Source: Candidatus Heimdallarchaeota archaeon (GTDB taxonomy: Archaea > Asgardarchaeota > Heimdallarchaeia > Heimdallarchaeales > Heimdallarchaeaceae). Taken from it: a DNA stretch of 64,000 nucleotides. The stretch is from positions 45,753 through 109,752 of the forward strand of contig JAAFKI010000112.1 in assembly GCA_021399345.1 (NCBI GenBank), read 5' to 3'. The position numbers were made by a program, and so were the translations under genes. This document shows, piece after piece, positions 31,874 to 42,634 of this stretch (positions within the stretch are counted from its first letter, which is position 1; the number at the start of each line of letters is the position of its first letter). The notes beneath the pieces were generated by a model. That model ran no database searches. It was not told where the DNA came from and was given only the letters and a program-made list of their open reading frames with translations.

Positions 31874-33577
31874 ATGATTAACATAAAAAAACATAAACTA
31901 ACAATAAAAGTTTGCTTAACTGTTCTTCTTATTGCACTTTTATTAATTCCACTTTTGAGTGATGGAAATATTGGAAGTATAGTTGAAGATGAACAGATAT
32001 CTGAAATAAAGCTATTTACAACAGTTGGAATCGTAATTAATGATACTAACATAGCATCCTATAGCTCCTCAGGAACAGGTGCAACTGGTGACCCTTATAT
32101 CATTGACAATCTAATGATCAATACAACAGATTCATTAGCAGTTGATTTTAAAGGTGTATCATCAACAACCTACTATGTTCTTCGTGACTCTCATCTGATA
32201 GGTTCAACTTATGGGGCTTACTTTCATGATTCTATGACAGGAAAAGCTTCTGTTATCAACTGTACAGTTGAGGGTGCATTGTCAATCGGAGGACCTAACG
32301 CTTTGTATCTAACTATTCACAACAATACGCTTAAAGCAAGACAGAGCTCTAACTTTAGAGAAGGTGTGAAATTTACAAACAACGTAGTTTATTTAACAAG
32401 TGATTACTCTAGCTCCATCTTTCGAATAACAGATGAAAACAATATTGTAGAGAATAATATTTTTTATGGAAATTCTTCAGCGATTAGAATAAATCGTGTT
32501 ACAAATACCACTTTTAGAGATAACATCCTTCACAGTTCAGGATTCTATTTCTCTGATGATGAAATTGAATATATTTTGAATAATACATTTGAAAACAATA
32601 TTATCAATGGTAAACCTTTTGGATTTTTATATAATCAAAATGATGAAATTGTAACTGACGACCAATATGGACAAATATATCTAGTTAACTCAACCAACGT
32701 ACTAATAGAAGACCATTCTTTTGTTGATGTATATTCCGGAATTCAAATCTATAATTGTACTGATATTTCTGTAAGAAATGTGGAAGTGAAAGCTAACACA
32801 GGAATTTATGCAGAAAATGTTGAAGAAATATTGATAGAAGATTCTAGCTTTGAAGGGTACCGTGATGCAATGCAATTTGAAGGTGTAAATAATAGTATTA
32901 TTCAAAACAACTACATAACTGATTTTGAATATGGTTTGGAATTTGAATATATGAATAATGTCCAGATAAATAATAATACTATAGTAAATATGCTTGAATA
33001 TGGACTTACCTTAGACGAGGTAAGTAATGTAGATATAAACTTCAATATCATAACTTGCTTAATGCAAGACGAAGGGAGTGAAATACCCATAGTAATATGG
33101 TCATCAGAAAATATAACCGTATTTTATAATGTCTTTATTAGCACAGGAAATCAAACAGCTCATATGGCAGAAGAGTGGTCAACGACAAATATAATGTGGT
33201 ATGATGCAACTTCAGAAATTGGAAACTTTTGGTCAAACTGGAATGAAACAGGAACTTATGCAATAGAGGGTGATGGAGGAAGCATTGACCTATATCCATT
33301 CTTAGACATAGATGGAGACAATCTTACTGAAATTGAGGAAGTATTAATTTACTTTACAGATCCTTTCACTGCCGACAGTGATGGGGATGGGTTCTCAGAT
33401 TATGAGGAAATACAAACTGGTACTGACCCATTGGACAGTAAGGATTACCCTGGAAGAGGTAGAGTCTTAGGAATTGTCTTAGGCTTAGTATTTGGACTAG
33501 GTATAGCTGCAGGTGTAGCTGTCTTCTTCCTGTCAAAGAAAGGTATAATTAAACTACCCAACTTAAGAGGAAAATAG
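31874..33577 (+). CDS. Secreted right-handed parallel beta-helix (NosD/pectate-lyase-like) protein with Ca-binding D-x-D-G-D-G repeats and C-terminal membrane anchor
   Basis: It has a signal/TM N-terminus, many N-x-S/T sequons, repeated beta-helix rungs (NNIINGKP..., NVEVKANTGIY...), DSDGDGFSDYEEIQTGTDPLDS (TSP3/dockerin-like) and a C-terminal GIVLGLVFGLGIAAGVAVFFLSKKG. Confidence 0.65.
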   Translation: MINIKKHKLTIKVCLTVLLIALLLIPLLSDGNIGSIVEDEQISEIKLFTTVGIVINDTNIASYSSSGTGATGDPYIIDNLMINTTDSLAVDFKGVSSTTYYVLRDSHLIGSTYGAYFHDSMTGKASVINCTVEGALSIGGPNALYLTIHNNTLKARQSSNFREGVKFTNNVVYLTSDYSSSIFRITDENNIVENNIFYGNSSAIRINRVTNTTFRDNILHSSGFYFSDDEIEYILNNTFENNIINGKPFGFLYNQNDEIVTDDQYGQIYLVNSTNVLIEDHSFVDVYSGIQIYNCTDISVRNVEVKANTGIYAENVEEILIEDSSFEGYRDAMQFEGVNNSIIQNNYITDFEYGLEFEYMNNVQINNNTIVNMLEYGLTLDEVSNVDINFNIITCLMQDEGSEIPIVIWSSENITVFYNVFISTGNQTAHMAEEWSTTNIMWYDATSEIGNFWSNWNETGTYAIEGDGGSIDLYPFLDIDGDNLTEIEEVLIYFTDPFTADSDGDGFSDYEEIQTGTDPLDSKDYPGRGRVLGIVLGLVFGLGIAAGVAVFFLSKKGIIKLPNLRGK

Positions 33578-33696
33578 TATTTTACCTCTCTCTTCTCTTT
33601 TTCATCTATTTTTGAATAGAATGTCCATTCTAAAATTTTGTATTTTAAGCATCTTTTTAACATCAAGAGCAAAATTTCTTGTAGGAGATAATTAAA

Positions 33697-34623
33697 ATGA
33701 GTGAAAAATGGACACCCAAGAATGTACCTAATCTTTCTGAAAAGGTTTTCATCGTTACAGGTGCAAACAGTGGTATAGGTTTTGAAGCTGCTAAAGAATT
33801 TGCACGCAAGGGTGCGAAGACCATTCTGGCTAGTCGCAACTTAGAAAAGGCAAAGAAAGCTTTATCTAAAATTCAAAAAGAAATCCCTGATTCTTCTGTT
33901 GAAATTATGCAACTTGATTTAGCAAATTTGGAGTCTGTGAATAAATTTGCTTCTGAATTCAAGGAAAAATATTATCGTTTAGATGTGCTTGTGAATAATG
34001 CTGGAATAATGATGGTACCTTATCAAAAAACAGTAGAAGGATTCGAGAGTCAAATAGGTACAAACCATTTTGGCCACTTTGCTTTAACTGGACTATTATA
34101 TGATTTACTTATGAAAACAGAAGACTCACGAGTAGTGAACGTAAGTAGTAATGGTCACAGATTTGGAGAGATGGATTTTAATGATTTCATGTTTGAGGAT
34201 AGCAAGGAATATTCAAGAGTGAAAGCTTATGGAAATTCGAAGCTAGCTAATCTTTTGTTTACTTATGAATTGAATAGGAGATTCAAAGAAGCAAATGTTA
34301 ATGCAATTTCTGTTGCAGCACATCCTGGTATGTCAAATACAAATTTAGCTGACCATATGATGGGGTGGCTTGCACCAATATTGAAGGGATTATTTGGTTT
34401 CTTTATGCAAAGTGCAGCTAAAGGAGCACTTCCCACCATTCGTGCATCTGTTGATCCAGAAGTTAAAGGCAGCGATTACTACGGTCCTAGAGGACGTAAT
34501 GAACATAGAGGTTTTCCTATCAAAGTAGAATCTAACGAAGCTTCTCATAATGAAGAAGATGCGAAGAAATTATGGGAGCTGTCTGAAAAACTAACTGGTA
34601 TTAAATTTGGATTTGAGCAATAA
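33697..34623 (+). CDS. Short-chain dehydrogenase/reductase (retinol dehydrogenase / WWOX-like classical SDR)
   Basis: It has the TGANSGIG cofactor motif, NNAG, and the catalytic Y-x3-K (YGNSKLANL). Confidence 0.88.
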   Translation: MSEKWTPKNVPNLSEKVFIVTGANSGIGFEAAKEFARKGAKTILASRNLEKAKKALSKIQKEIPDSSVEIMQLDLANLESVNKFASEFKEKYYRLDVLVNNAGIMMVPYQKTVEGFESQIGTNHFGHFALTGLLYDLLMKTEDSRVVNVSSNGHRFGEMDFNDFMFEDSKEYSRVKAYGNSKLANLLFTYELNRRFKEANVNAISVAAHPGMSNTNLADHMMGWLAPILKGLFGFFMQSAAKGALPTIRASVDPEVKGSDYYGPRGRNEHRGFPIKVESNEASHNEEDAKKLWELSEKLTGIKFGFEQ

Positions 34624-34664
34624 AGTAGAATAAGAAAAAAAGAAGCAAAGAAGAATGGAAAAAA

Positions 34665-35504
34665 TCATTTCTTCTTTTTAATAGTTACAAGACCCATAAT
34701 TAGAAGAGCAAACAATCCATATAGCCACTCATAAGGAACAGCAATTTCATCTATACCAGTTTCTAAAACAACTCTAGTCTCTATAGTGGAACTTTTTTCT
34801 ATCAATTCAAGGTAAACTCCAACACCCCATTCGACATTATAGGTAAGTTTAGAATAGTAAGTATAGCTTAGTTTTGCAGCTCCACCACTAAAAATTACTA
34901 CAGGTGGGGCTTTATATTCTTCTTCAATAGTAAACGTTTTGTCAGTTTTCTTAACCTTTAAAGAACCATCCTCGTCATAATCAAGTTCCGAATAGTAATC
35001 ATAGAGATAGTCAAAATAGTTCACTTCTCCACTAGCAAATGTAATTGTTGTAGGTACTATATATCCCGCATAGAGTCTTTCATCCCTTTTCCATACTCTC
35101 CAATCAACATTTGATATATTATCTGTGATAAAGACATCATTGAGATAAAAATCACTCCAGGATTCACTTCCAGTATACAGAATAGCTGGATGTGTTAAAC
35201 CCATCTCATCTGGATCTTTAGTAACATTAAGATTAAACACATCACCAACAGTTAAATTATGACCAGGATAAATTTCCCAATTTTCAGCAGCTGGATCAGT
35301 AGTTTCGAAAGTTGTAAGCTCCCAACTAATTTCTGTACCAGGTACTATTTTATCAGAATAACCTAATCCGATAATTTCACTCCATTCAGGAGGTTGAGCT
35401 GTAAGTGTAAAGGATGAGAAGGTAAGTAAGAAAAGAGCTAAAATAGCAAGTACATTTTTTTTCATATTTTTCACCATTTTGTTTTTTTTTGAGATTATTA
35501 TCAA
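34665..35504 (-). CDS. Secreted hypothetical protein with C-terminal TM anchor and basic tail
   Basis: It has a signal peptide, N-x-S/T sequons and a C-terminal LFALLIMGLVTIKKKK. Confidence 0.45.
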   Translation of the reverse strand: MIIISKKNKMVKNMKKNVLAILALFLLTFSSFTLTAQPPEWSEIIGLGYSDKIVPGTEISWELTTFETTDPAAENWEIYPGHNLTVGDVFNLNVTKDPDEMGLTHPAILYTGSESWSDFYLNDVFITDNISNVDWRVWKRDERLYAGYIVPTTITFASGEVNYFDYLYDYYSELDYDEDGSLKVKKTDKTFTIEEEYKAPPVVIFSGGAAKLSYTYYSKLTYNVEWGVGVYLELIEKSSTIETRVVLETGIDEIAVPYEWLYGLFALLIMGLVTIKKKK

Positions 35505-35751
35505 GCTAGAAGCTTTGTCGTTTAAACTAATATAGTTTTCCTAGATATTTATTAAAGAGCTAAATTAAACTGTTCTAAAGATAGAGCTTTAGTTTTTTTA
35601 TTCTTTAAAAATCATCTAAAATACTTCTCAAAGAAAGATTCTGGACCGTCAATCCAACACCAACGAAAGATAATCCAATGAATAAATGAAGACATACCCA
35701 CGCTTAAACAAGAGAAACAGGCGTAAAGATATGTTATTTAAGCGCATAAAA

Positions 35752-36036
35752 CTAGTCTTTCTCCGATCTTGTTTCTAAATCTTTAATTTCTTTACCCTTA
35801 AGAATATTATAGGTGCTTCTACGAGTACTTGAGGTTTCTTGTCCTGTTTTCTTCAGAAAATTGAATAAAGCTATAACACCTAGAATAACGAAGAAAAGGA
35901 TTACTCCGAATAATATATAGAATACAATCATTCCAGTAACAATTCCTAACACCAATAATGTTATTAAAACTAAAATGAATACAGTTATTCCACCATTTAT
36001 TGAACGACGACTTCTCATACTACACTTAGATAACAA
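35752..36036 (-). CDS. Small membrane protein
   Basis: A 94-aa ORF with two TM helices. The evidence is weak. Confidence 0.35.
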   Translation of the reverse strand: MLSKCSMRSRRSINGGITVFILVLITLLVLGIVTGMIVFYILFGVILFFVILGVIALFNFLKKTGQETSSTRRSTYNILKGKEIKDLETRSEKD

Positions 36037-36167
36037 TTAACCATTATAAGTTTATTTTATCTAATACCCTCCTTTCCTTTGCTAGAAAAGCAATGCAAAA
36101 ATAGTATGGTACCACTAATCCACAAATAAATGACTGTGAGAGTATAAGTTTCTAAATCTTATACTCG

Positions 36168-37832
36168 TCACTTCATTTCCGATATGTGCTTTGCTGCAAC
36201 ATACCCAAAAGTCATTGTAGGCCCTACAGTTGCACCAGGACCGGGATAACTGTTTCCCATAACAGATGATGAACTATTACCAACAGCATATAATCCCTCA
36301 ATTATTGATCCATCTTTTCGCAAAACTTGAGCATGTTCGTTAGTAACAAGACCTCCTTTGGTTCCTAAATCTCCAGGAACAAATTCTACTGCATAAAATG
36401 GCGATTGCTCTATAGGATATAGATTTGGATTGGGTTTAACTTTTGGATCTCCATAATAATGGTCATATGCGCTGTCGCCCCTACCAAAATCTTGATCCTT
36501 TCCTTCTCTAGCAAAGTCGTTAAAGCGTTTAACGGTCTCACTTAAATTTTGTGTATTAACATTGATTTTCTTAGCTAACTCTTCCAATGTTTCAGCAGTT
36601 TTAATATATCCACTCTCAAAATATTTTTCAGGAAACTTCATCCCTGGGAAAACTAATCCAAACATATATTTCGATTTGAAACGTTGATCAAAAATGAAAT
36701 AACATGGGACATGAGCTATTTCTTCTGAATGTTTTTCATACATATCATGTACAACTACAACATAACTTGCAGATTCATTAGTAAAACGCTTACCTGCTTT
36801 GTTAACCATAATTCCTCCAGGGTAACCTCTTTCACCAACATGGAAGAAAGGTGGTTCTTCATGTGGAGCAGATGAGGGACCCCACCAAGCATCATCCATA
36901 AGATCGACAGCAGCACCATGTTTCATTCCTGATAAAATCGCGTCTCCAGTATTTCCAAAATGTGCTGATGTCCATTCAGTTGTTATAGGTTGGGGGTGAT
37001 ATTTTTCTCTCATTTCTAGGTTATGTGGAAAACCTCCAGCTGCAAAAATTACACCATGTTCAGCTTTTATTCTTATTTCAGAACCTTCTTTCTTAGCAAT
37101 TACACCAACTACTTTGTCTTTTTCCAATATTAAATCTTCAAAGGGTGAGTTAAGCCAGAGAGGAATGTTATCATCTTGCATAGACTTTCTCAACCTACCA
37201 ATTAGAGCATTCCCTAAAGTAAGGTGTCTATAGCGAATCAATAAACCAAAGATAGCTCGCATCCCTGCTTTAAGAGCTGTCCATTTTCCAGCCCAAGTTG
37301 ACATAATCATTCCTAAATTATGATACTCTGAGATAGAAAAACTAATTCCAAGAGGAACATCATATGGTAATGCATTAATATGTTTCAAATCTTTCTTGAG
37401 TTTTCTTCCGTTGAACGGTTTACCTTCTAGAGCTCGACCTTTAGCTATTCCACCAGGTCTTTCTGGATGATAATCCGAGTAGTTTGGAACAAAAAGAAAT
37501 TTGACTTTGGTATTTTCCCTCAACCAATCTATCATTTTAGGAGCATTATCTAGATAAGCATCTTTGAATTCTGAAGGAACACGATCACCTACAGTATTAT
37601 CCATGTAAATTCTAGCTTTTTCTATTGAATCTTCAACACCATATTTCTTCAGAAGATAATTATTTGGTATCCAAACTCCTCCTCCAGAAAGAGCAGTAGA
37701 ACCACCATAATATTGTGACTTTTCTAAAACTATAACATCTAAACCAGCTTTCTTCGTCACAAGAGCTGCTGTCATTCCCCCTCCACCTGAACCGACAATT
37801 AAAACATCAGTTGTATAATCCCACTTTGTCAT
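36168..37832 (-). CDS. FAD-dependent oxidoreductase, 3-ketosteroid-delta1-dehydrogenase / fumarate-reductase-flavoprotein-like
   Basis: It has an N-terminal FAD dinucleotide-binding motif (VIVGSGGGGMTAALVTKKAGLDVIVLEK), GGSTALSGGGVW, and a C-terminal GNSYPGPG...TFGYVAA typical of the FAD_binding_2 family. Confidence 0.8.
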   Translation of the reverse strand: MTKWDYTTDVLIVGSGGGGMTAALVTKKAGLDVIVLEKSQYYGGSTALSGGGVWIPNNYLLKKYGVEDSIEKARIYMDNTVGDRVPSEFKDAYLDNAPKMIDWLRENTKVKFLFVPNYSDYHPERPGGIAKGRALEGKPFNGRKLKKDLKHINALPYDVPLGISFSISEYHNLGMIMSTWAGKWTALKAGMRAIFGLLIRYRHLTLGNALIGRLRKSMQDDNIPLWLNSPFEDLILEKDKVVGVIAKKEGSEIRIKAEHGVIFAAGGFPHNLEMREKYHPQPITTEWTSAHFGNTGDAILSGMKHGAAVDLMDDAWWGPSSAPHEEPPFFHVGERGYPGGIMVNKAGKRFTNESASYVVVVHDMYEKHSEEIAHVPCYFIFDQRFKSKYMFGLVFPGMKFPEKYFESGYIKTAETLEELAKKINVNTQNLSETVKRFNDFAREGKDQDFGRGDSAYDHYYGDPKVKPNPNLYPIEQSPFYAVEFVPGDLGTKGGLVTNEHAQVLRKDGSIIEGLYAVGNSSSSVMGNSYPGPGATVGPTMTFGYVAAKHISEMK

Positions 37833-38010
37833 AAAAAATTAACAATTCTAACCTTATTAAGTGTTTATGGAAATCAATTAATTATCAATATCAATTCTTT
37901 TTGTTTCTTTTAAGATGTAAAGAGAGTCAATTGTTACCCACTCATTCATCCTTAGATCATCAAATCGAAGAAATATAAAAAAACTATGGAGATGATTGGC
38001 TTTTTTTGTG

Positions 38011-38835
38011 TTACTTCGACTTCTCGTGTTTGAGATGTTTAACCATCAATCTGCTTGCTGATAACATCCATGCAGTTAAGCTAATCATTAATAACCATTC
38101 CCAAATTGGTGCCCATTGCCATGTCGGTAAAAAGGTCCAGAATTCATCTGTATACCATAAATAAGGCACCGTATAGAAAAATGCAAAGCATACCGGCGTA
38201 ATAATCCATGAGTTAATGATATAGAATATTCTTACCCTTCGAATTTTCGATTTGTCTAACCCTAACTTGTCCCTAAGGATATCGGGAAAAATTATAAATT
38301 GCGAGGCGACCAAAATTCCACTGCCCATGAAAAGATAAAATGCAATATCAGCAGTCAGATCATGCCACGGGTAGCCGATCGGAAAGAGCAGATCCCATAC
38401 TTCGCCAACATCCTCTGAAATTACTCCTGTAAAAAATAAGCCCAGCATGCCGATCAGCATACTGATGGAAGTCAAGTACGCCAATATTTTTCTGATTAAT
38501 TTCGAACCATCCCCTTGAAGGAGAATTATCAAATAGAGAGCGGGTGATATCATGAGCAAGGCAGTGGTCATCATGGCCCAATTCATGATGATCGGCATCG
38601 GGGTAAGATCTTGATTTCCAAGATCACTGATGTAGTTTATGAGGGGATTAAATCCCGCAAGGTCAGTTGTAGGTCCAATGGGATCTAATTGGGCAATCAG
38701 AAGTGCAACGATGGTGCCCCCAATCCACGTGATAACAATTCCAATCCAACTCAGTTTCACAACCTTAGGGGAGGTTAGAAATCGATAACACATTTGTGAT
38801 TTTTCTTTAATCTTCATCAGATGGTTTTCCATCAA
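38011..38835 (-). CDS. Integral membrane protein (about 7 TM), hypothetical
   Basis: A hydrophobic 274-aa ORF with no motifs. Confidence 0.45.
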   Translation of the reverse strand: MMENHLMKIKEKSQMCYRFLTSPKVVKLSWIGIVITWIGGTIVALLIAQLDPIGPTTDLAGFNPLINYISDLGNQDLTPMPIIMNWAMMTTALLMISPALYLIILLQGDGSKLIRKILAYLTSISMLIGMLGLFFTGVISEDVGEVWDLLFPIGYPWHDLTADIAFYLFMGSGILVASQFIIFPDILRDKLGLDKSKIRRVRIFYIINSWIITPVCFAFFYTVPYLWYTDEFWTFLPTWQWAPIWEWLLMISLTAWMLSASRLMVKHLKHEKSK

Positions 38836-39072
38836 AGTACTATAAAAGGATTTAATGAGGGGAGCAATGAATAAAAATCGAAAAAAACAAATATCTTGCT
38901 TCTTTGCCTTGCTTATTGAATTATTTATTATTTTTCATTTTGCTGCAAAGACATTCATCTTCCAGTAAGGTCGTTCATACAAGAAGGCACCTTATTAGAT
39001 GATGGTTACTAGTGTAATTAAGTATCCAAAACTATATTATTTCATTCACATTTGATTCATTAGATAGAAATC

Positions 39073-39852
39073 TTGGTGATTAGAACGAAAGTTACTGTAT
39101 TTGTTGGTAGTGCAAGAAAGAAGCATACTTATAATAATTCTGAAAGATTTTTGCAAAATTTACAATCATTTGGGGATTTAGAATATGAGATAGTTCAGCT
39201 AAATGATTATGACTTAGAAATATGTATTGGTTGCAAATTATGCTTAGACAAGGGTGAAGAATTATGTCCATTGAAAGATGATAGAGATATACTGATCGAA
39301 AAAATGATGGAATCAGACGGAGTAATTTTCGCAACGCCTAATTACTCTTTTCAAGTATCTGGAATGATGAAAGTGTTCCTCGATCGACTTGGTTTTATTT
39401 TTCATCGTCCAAGATTTTTCGGGAAAACATTCACCAGTATAGTTGCACAGGGAGTATATAGAGGTAAAAAAATTGTAAAGTATTTCAATTTCATTGGAAG
39501 TGGATTAGGCTTTAATGTTGTCAAAGGTAGTTGTATAACAACACTTGAACCAATGACAGAAAAAGGTCAGAAAAAAATTGACAAGATAATTGACAAACAT
39601 AGTAAAAGATTCTATTCAAAATTAGTAAAACAAGAATACCCAACTCCTGGCATGTTTAAGCTAATGATTTTTAGAATGGCACGGTCAAGCATAAAACAAA
39701 TGCTTAATGAGAATTTTCGAGATTATACTTATTATATGGAAAATGGATGGTTTGATTCTGATTACTATTATCCTGTAAGATTAAATCCACTAAAAAAAAT
39801 GGTTGGTAAATTCTTCGATATGGTGTTTAACAAGATTTATTCTAGACCCTGA
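39073..39852 (+). CDS. Iron-sulfur flavoprotein (NADPH-dependent FMN reductase family with compact Cys motif)
   Basis: It has a flavodoxin-like N-terminus (VTVFVGSARKK) and C-x2-C-x2-C-x7-C (CIGCKLCLDKGEELC), as in methanogen ISF proteins. The start codon is TTG or GTG. Confidence 0.68.
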   Translation: MVIRTKVTVFVGSARKKHTYNNSERFLQNLQSFGDLEYEIVQLNDYDLEICIGCKLCLDKGEELCPLKDDRDILIEKMMESDGVIFATPNYSFQVSGMMKVFLDRLGFIFHRPRFFGKTFTSIVAQGVYRGKKIVKYFNFIGSGLGFNVVKGSCITTLEPMTEKGQKKIDKIIDKHSKRFYSKLVKQEYPTPGMFKLMIFRMARSSIKQMLNENFRDYTYYMENGWFDSDYYYPVRLNPLKKMVGKFFDMVFNKIYSRP

Positions 39853-39883
39853 AAATTATTAACAGCTACATAACCTTTTGAAT

Positions 39884-40366
39884 CTAGGATAAGAAGGATA
39901 AGAAAGCTAAGGTGAAGCTACTTGCCTCTTCTTTCCAATTGTTCTGTAACATTACCTTATTCCAATTTTCTCCAGTTCCATCACCAGTACGGATTGGGAG
40001 AGTTTTTTCGAGTATTTCAATTTTGGGAAGAGCAGTGGAAATCTGGTTCTGGATAGTTATGGAAACATCATCACCAGTGTAGCAATTAAAGACAGCTGCT
40101 TTTTGCATAGTTGATGCTTGTCTAAGTTTCCCTAATTTCTCTATATATTTTCTAAGAGTGCGAGCAGGTTGACCAAAATGTGTTGGACCACCTACCAATA
40201 TTGCTACTGGTTGGAACGCAAGTAAATTTGCTGGTTTAGTCTTTTTAGTTCTGAATAGTTGAACCTCATGACCACCATCTTTTGCTTTTTCTCCTAAGAA
40301 TTCTGCTAATTGTTCCGTGTTACCGTACCTACTATCATATAAAATTGCGATTTTCATTTCATTCAC
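39884..40366 (-). CDS. Flavodoxin-like protein
   Basis: It has MKIAILYDSRYGNTEQLAEFL (the flavodoxin FMN-binding loop) and a length of 160 aa. Confidence 0.72.
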   Translation of the reverse strand: MNEMKIAILYDSRYGNTEQLAEFLGEKAKDGGHEVQLFRTKKTKPANLLAFQPVAILVGGPTHFGQPARTLRKYIEKLGKLRQASTMQKAAVFNCYTGDDVSITIQNQISTALPKIEILEKTLPIRTGDGTGENWNKVMLQNNWKEEASSFTLAFLSFLS

Positions 40367-40523
40367 CTCTTTTTTTCATCATTTCTTACTTTTTTAAAAC
40401 CTCTTGTGAATTTGAAAGCCTTCGAGAGTGTTGCAGATTAAAAGTCCTTAAGTATGTTCATGCGAATGTCATTAAATATATGCAAGTATCTCATTAAAAA
40501 AAGAAAAGTTATGTTTCTAACCG

Positions 40524-40934
40524 TTATTTAAATTTATCGTATTTGAAAAAGAATTCTAGAAACATTGAACCTTGAATCAGGTCAGGTACTAAAATTAGAA
40601 CCATTGCCCAGCTACATCCACTTATAGGAGTTGTAAGGGCTAGTATAAAGTATATTACAGCTGTTAGAAAGAATAGGATTTTAGATATTCCACCAACTAG
40701 CGCTAGGCTTCGTGCCTTTGGAAGATCCTTCATTGCTAAGAAGTATGCTATTGCAAGTCCAAAGACAAGAACTATAACTAGGTGTAGGAAAATCAGGCTT
40801 GGAGGATTCTCAATTCCAAAGGCAGGTAGAAAACCTGCAATGAAAATAGGTAGCAATCCAAAAAGCAATCCTGCGCCAAGGTTATAGAGAACTCCTGAAA
40901 GGAACATATACTTATAGTATTTCTCTTTGTCCAT
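40524..40934 (-). CDS. Small membrane protein
   Basis: A 136-aa ORF with 3-4 TM helices. Confidence 0.4.
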   Translation of the reverse strand: MDKEKYYKYMFLSGVLYNLGAGLLFGLLPIFIAGFLPAFGIENPPSLIFLHLVIVLVFGLAIAYFLAMKDLPKARSLALVGGISKILFFLTAVIYFILALTTPISGCSWAMVLILVPDLIQGSMFLEFFFKYDKFK

Positions 40935-41113
40935 TTAGTTTCAAATCCTGTGTTTATAAGTTAAACACAAAAAATAGGTAATGAGTTGAAAAATTTAAAG
41001 TTTTCGTGATTCAGAAGAGATATATATTACAAAGGAATTTTTCGCTCTTTTTTAAGAAATATGAATCCTAAAAAGTATGAGGGGAGGGGTATGATTATGT
41101 CATAACCTTCAAT

Positions 41114-42358
41114 TTAATCACTTGCGGGCATAGTAATTGGAATCTTCTTTTTATTTTGGTTAAAGCTTGTAGCTTGATTTGATTTGGATTGTTTGCTTCT
41201 ATCAGTTCTTACTTTGTCGAAACTTAGCCTTTGTATTGGTTTCCTCATGAAGTCTTCTATTTTGTTAAGCACTTCCATTTGTTCATTAGTAACTAGTGAA
41301 ATTGCTTTTCCTTCATTTTCCATTCTTGAAGTCCTTCCTATTCGATGAACATATATTTCAGGTCCTTCCCTTGGCAAATCAAAGTTGAAAATATGAGTTA
41401 CATGTGGAATGTCTAGTCCTCTTGCGGCTACATTTGTGGCTATTAAGCAATCAATTTTCTTTTCTCTGAAACTTCTCAAGACATACTCTCTTTGACCTTG
41501 TGTTTTATCACCATGCAAAGTGTTGAATCTTAAACGCAATCCTCTTTCTTGAGATAAGCGTTTTTTTAGTTTATCTGCCCATCTCCTTGTATTAACAAAG
41601 ATAATTGCGGATTTAGGACGTTCCTTTCTGAGTATAGAAACAAATGTGGAATATTTCTTGTCAGGTTTGACTCTGTAATAATACTGTTGACAGTTTTCTA
41701 CTGTTAGATCATCCTTGCTAACATTTATCTCAACCAAACTCTCACCATTACTAAACTGATGAGCAATTTTTCTTATCTGTTTAAGCATGGTAGCTGAAAA
41801 AAGTAATAAGCGAGGATAAACACCTCTCATTGCATCAAAAAGAATGTATTGGATATCTGGAAGGAATCCCATATCAAGCATTCTATCAGCCTCGTCAAGT
41901 ACTACAAACCTTACATCCCTAAAGGAAATAGCTTTTCTTCTGTATAGATCCATAAGTCTTCCTGGAGTAGCTATAACAATCTGTGCTCCAGCCTTAATCT
42001 CTTTTCTTTGTTTCTCGAGAGAGACTCCACCATATATTTCAACGGCTTTCAATTTTCTATATTTATTCAATTTAGTAAACACACTGTACACTTGTTTACA
42101 TAATTCTCTAGTAGGTACTAATACAACAGCTTGAATATATCTATGTTTAGGATTAATCTGGTTTGTTATTGGAATCGCGAAAGCTAATGTTTTTCCAGTT
42201 CCAGTTTTAGCTTGACCAAGGATATGTGTTTTTCCCCTATCAAGAAGTCTAGGAATCGCTTTACTCTGAATTTTGGTTGGATCATAAATCCCCATATCGT
42301 TTAAAGCGAGTTTAATTTGATTATTTAAATCGTAATCTTGAAATTTCATTGATACCAC
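41114..42358 (-). CDS. DEAD-box ATP-dependent RNA helicase (paralog 1)
   Basis: It has a Q-motif region, a Walker A motif (AKTGTGKTLAF), PTRELC, the DEAD motif (VLDEADRMLDMGF), SAT, and HRIGRTSR. Confidence 0.9.
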   Translation of the reverse strand: MVSMKFQDYDLNNQIKLALNDMGIYDPTKIQSKAIPRLLDRGKTHILGQAKTGTGKTLAFAIPITNQINPKHRYIQAVVLVPTRELCKQVYSVFTKLNKYRKLKAVEIYGGVSLEKQRKEIKAGAQIVIATPGRLMDLYRRKAISFRDVRFVVLDEADRMLDMGFLPDIQYILFDAMRGVYPRLLLFSATMLKQIRKIAHQFSNGESLVEINVSKDDLTVENCQQYYYRVKPDKKYSTFVSILRKERPKSAIIFVNTRRWADKLKKRLSQERGLRLRFNTLHGDKTQGQREYVLRSFREKKIDCLIATNVAARGLDIPHVTHIFNFDLPREGPEIYVHRIGRTSRMENEGKAISLVTNEQMEVLNKIEDFMRKPIQRLSFDKVRTDRSKQSKSNQATSFNQNKKKIPITMPASD

Positions 42359-42634
42359 TTTTTTGGTTTAACCTAAAATCAAGTATCAATTCCTTGAGGC
42401 ATGATTTTAAGTAATTATTTGGACGTTGAAAAAAACTTAAGCAAATAATCACTTATTTCTAATCTTCCTCAACTACAAGAGTTCTTGTTGGCAGTGCTTT
42501 AAAAGACTTCGATTGAACAGATTTAAGGGGTGCCTTCTTTTTTTTCTTCAGTCTTGAAAATTAATTTTCTAGATTAACGAGATGTTGGATAAAATTGATA
42601 AAGAAGACTAAGAATGTGTTGAGAAGGTAAAGAA

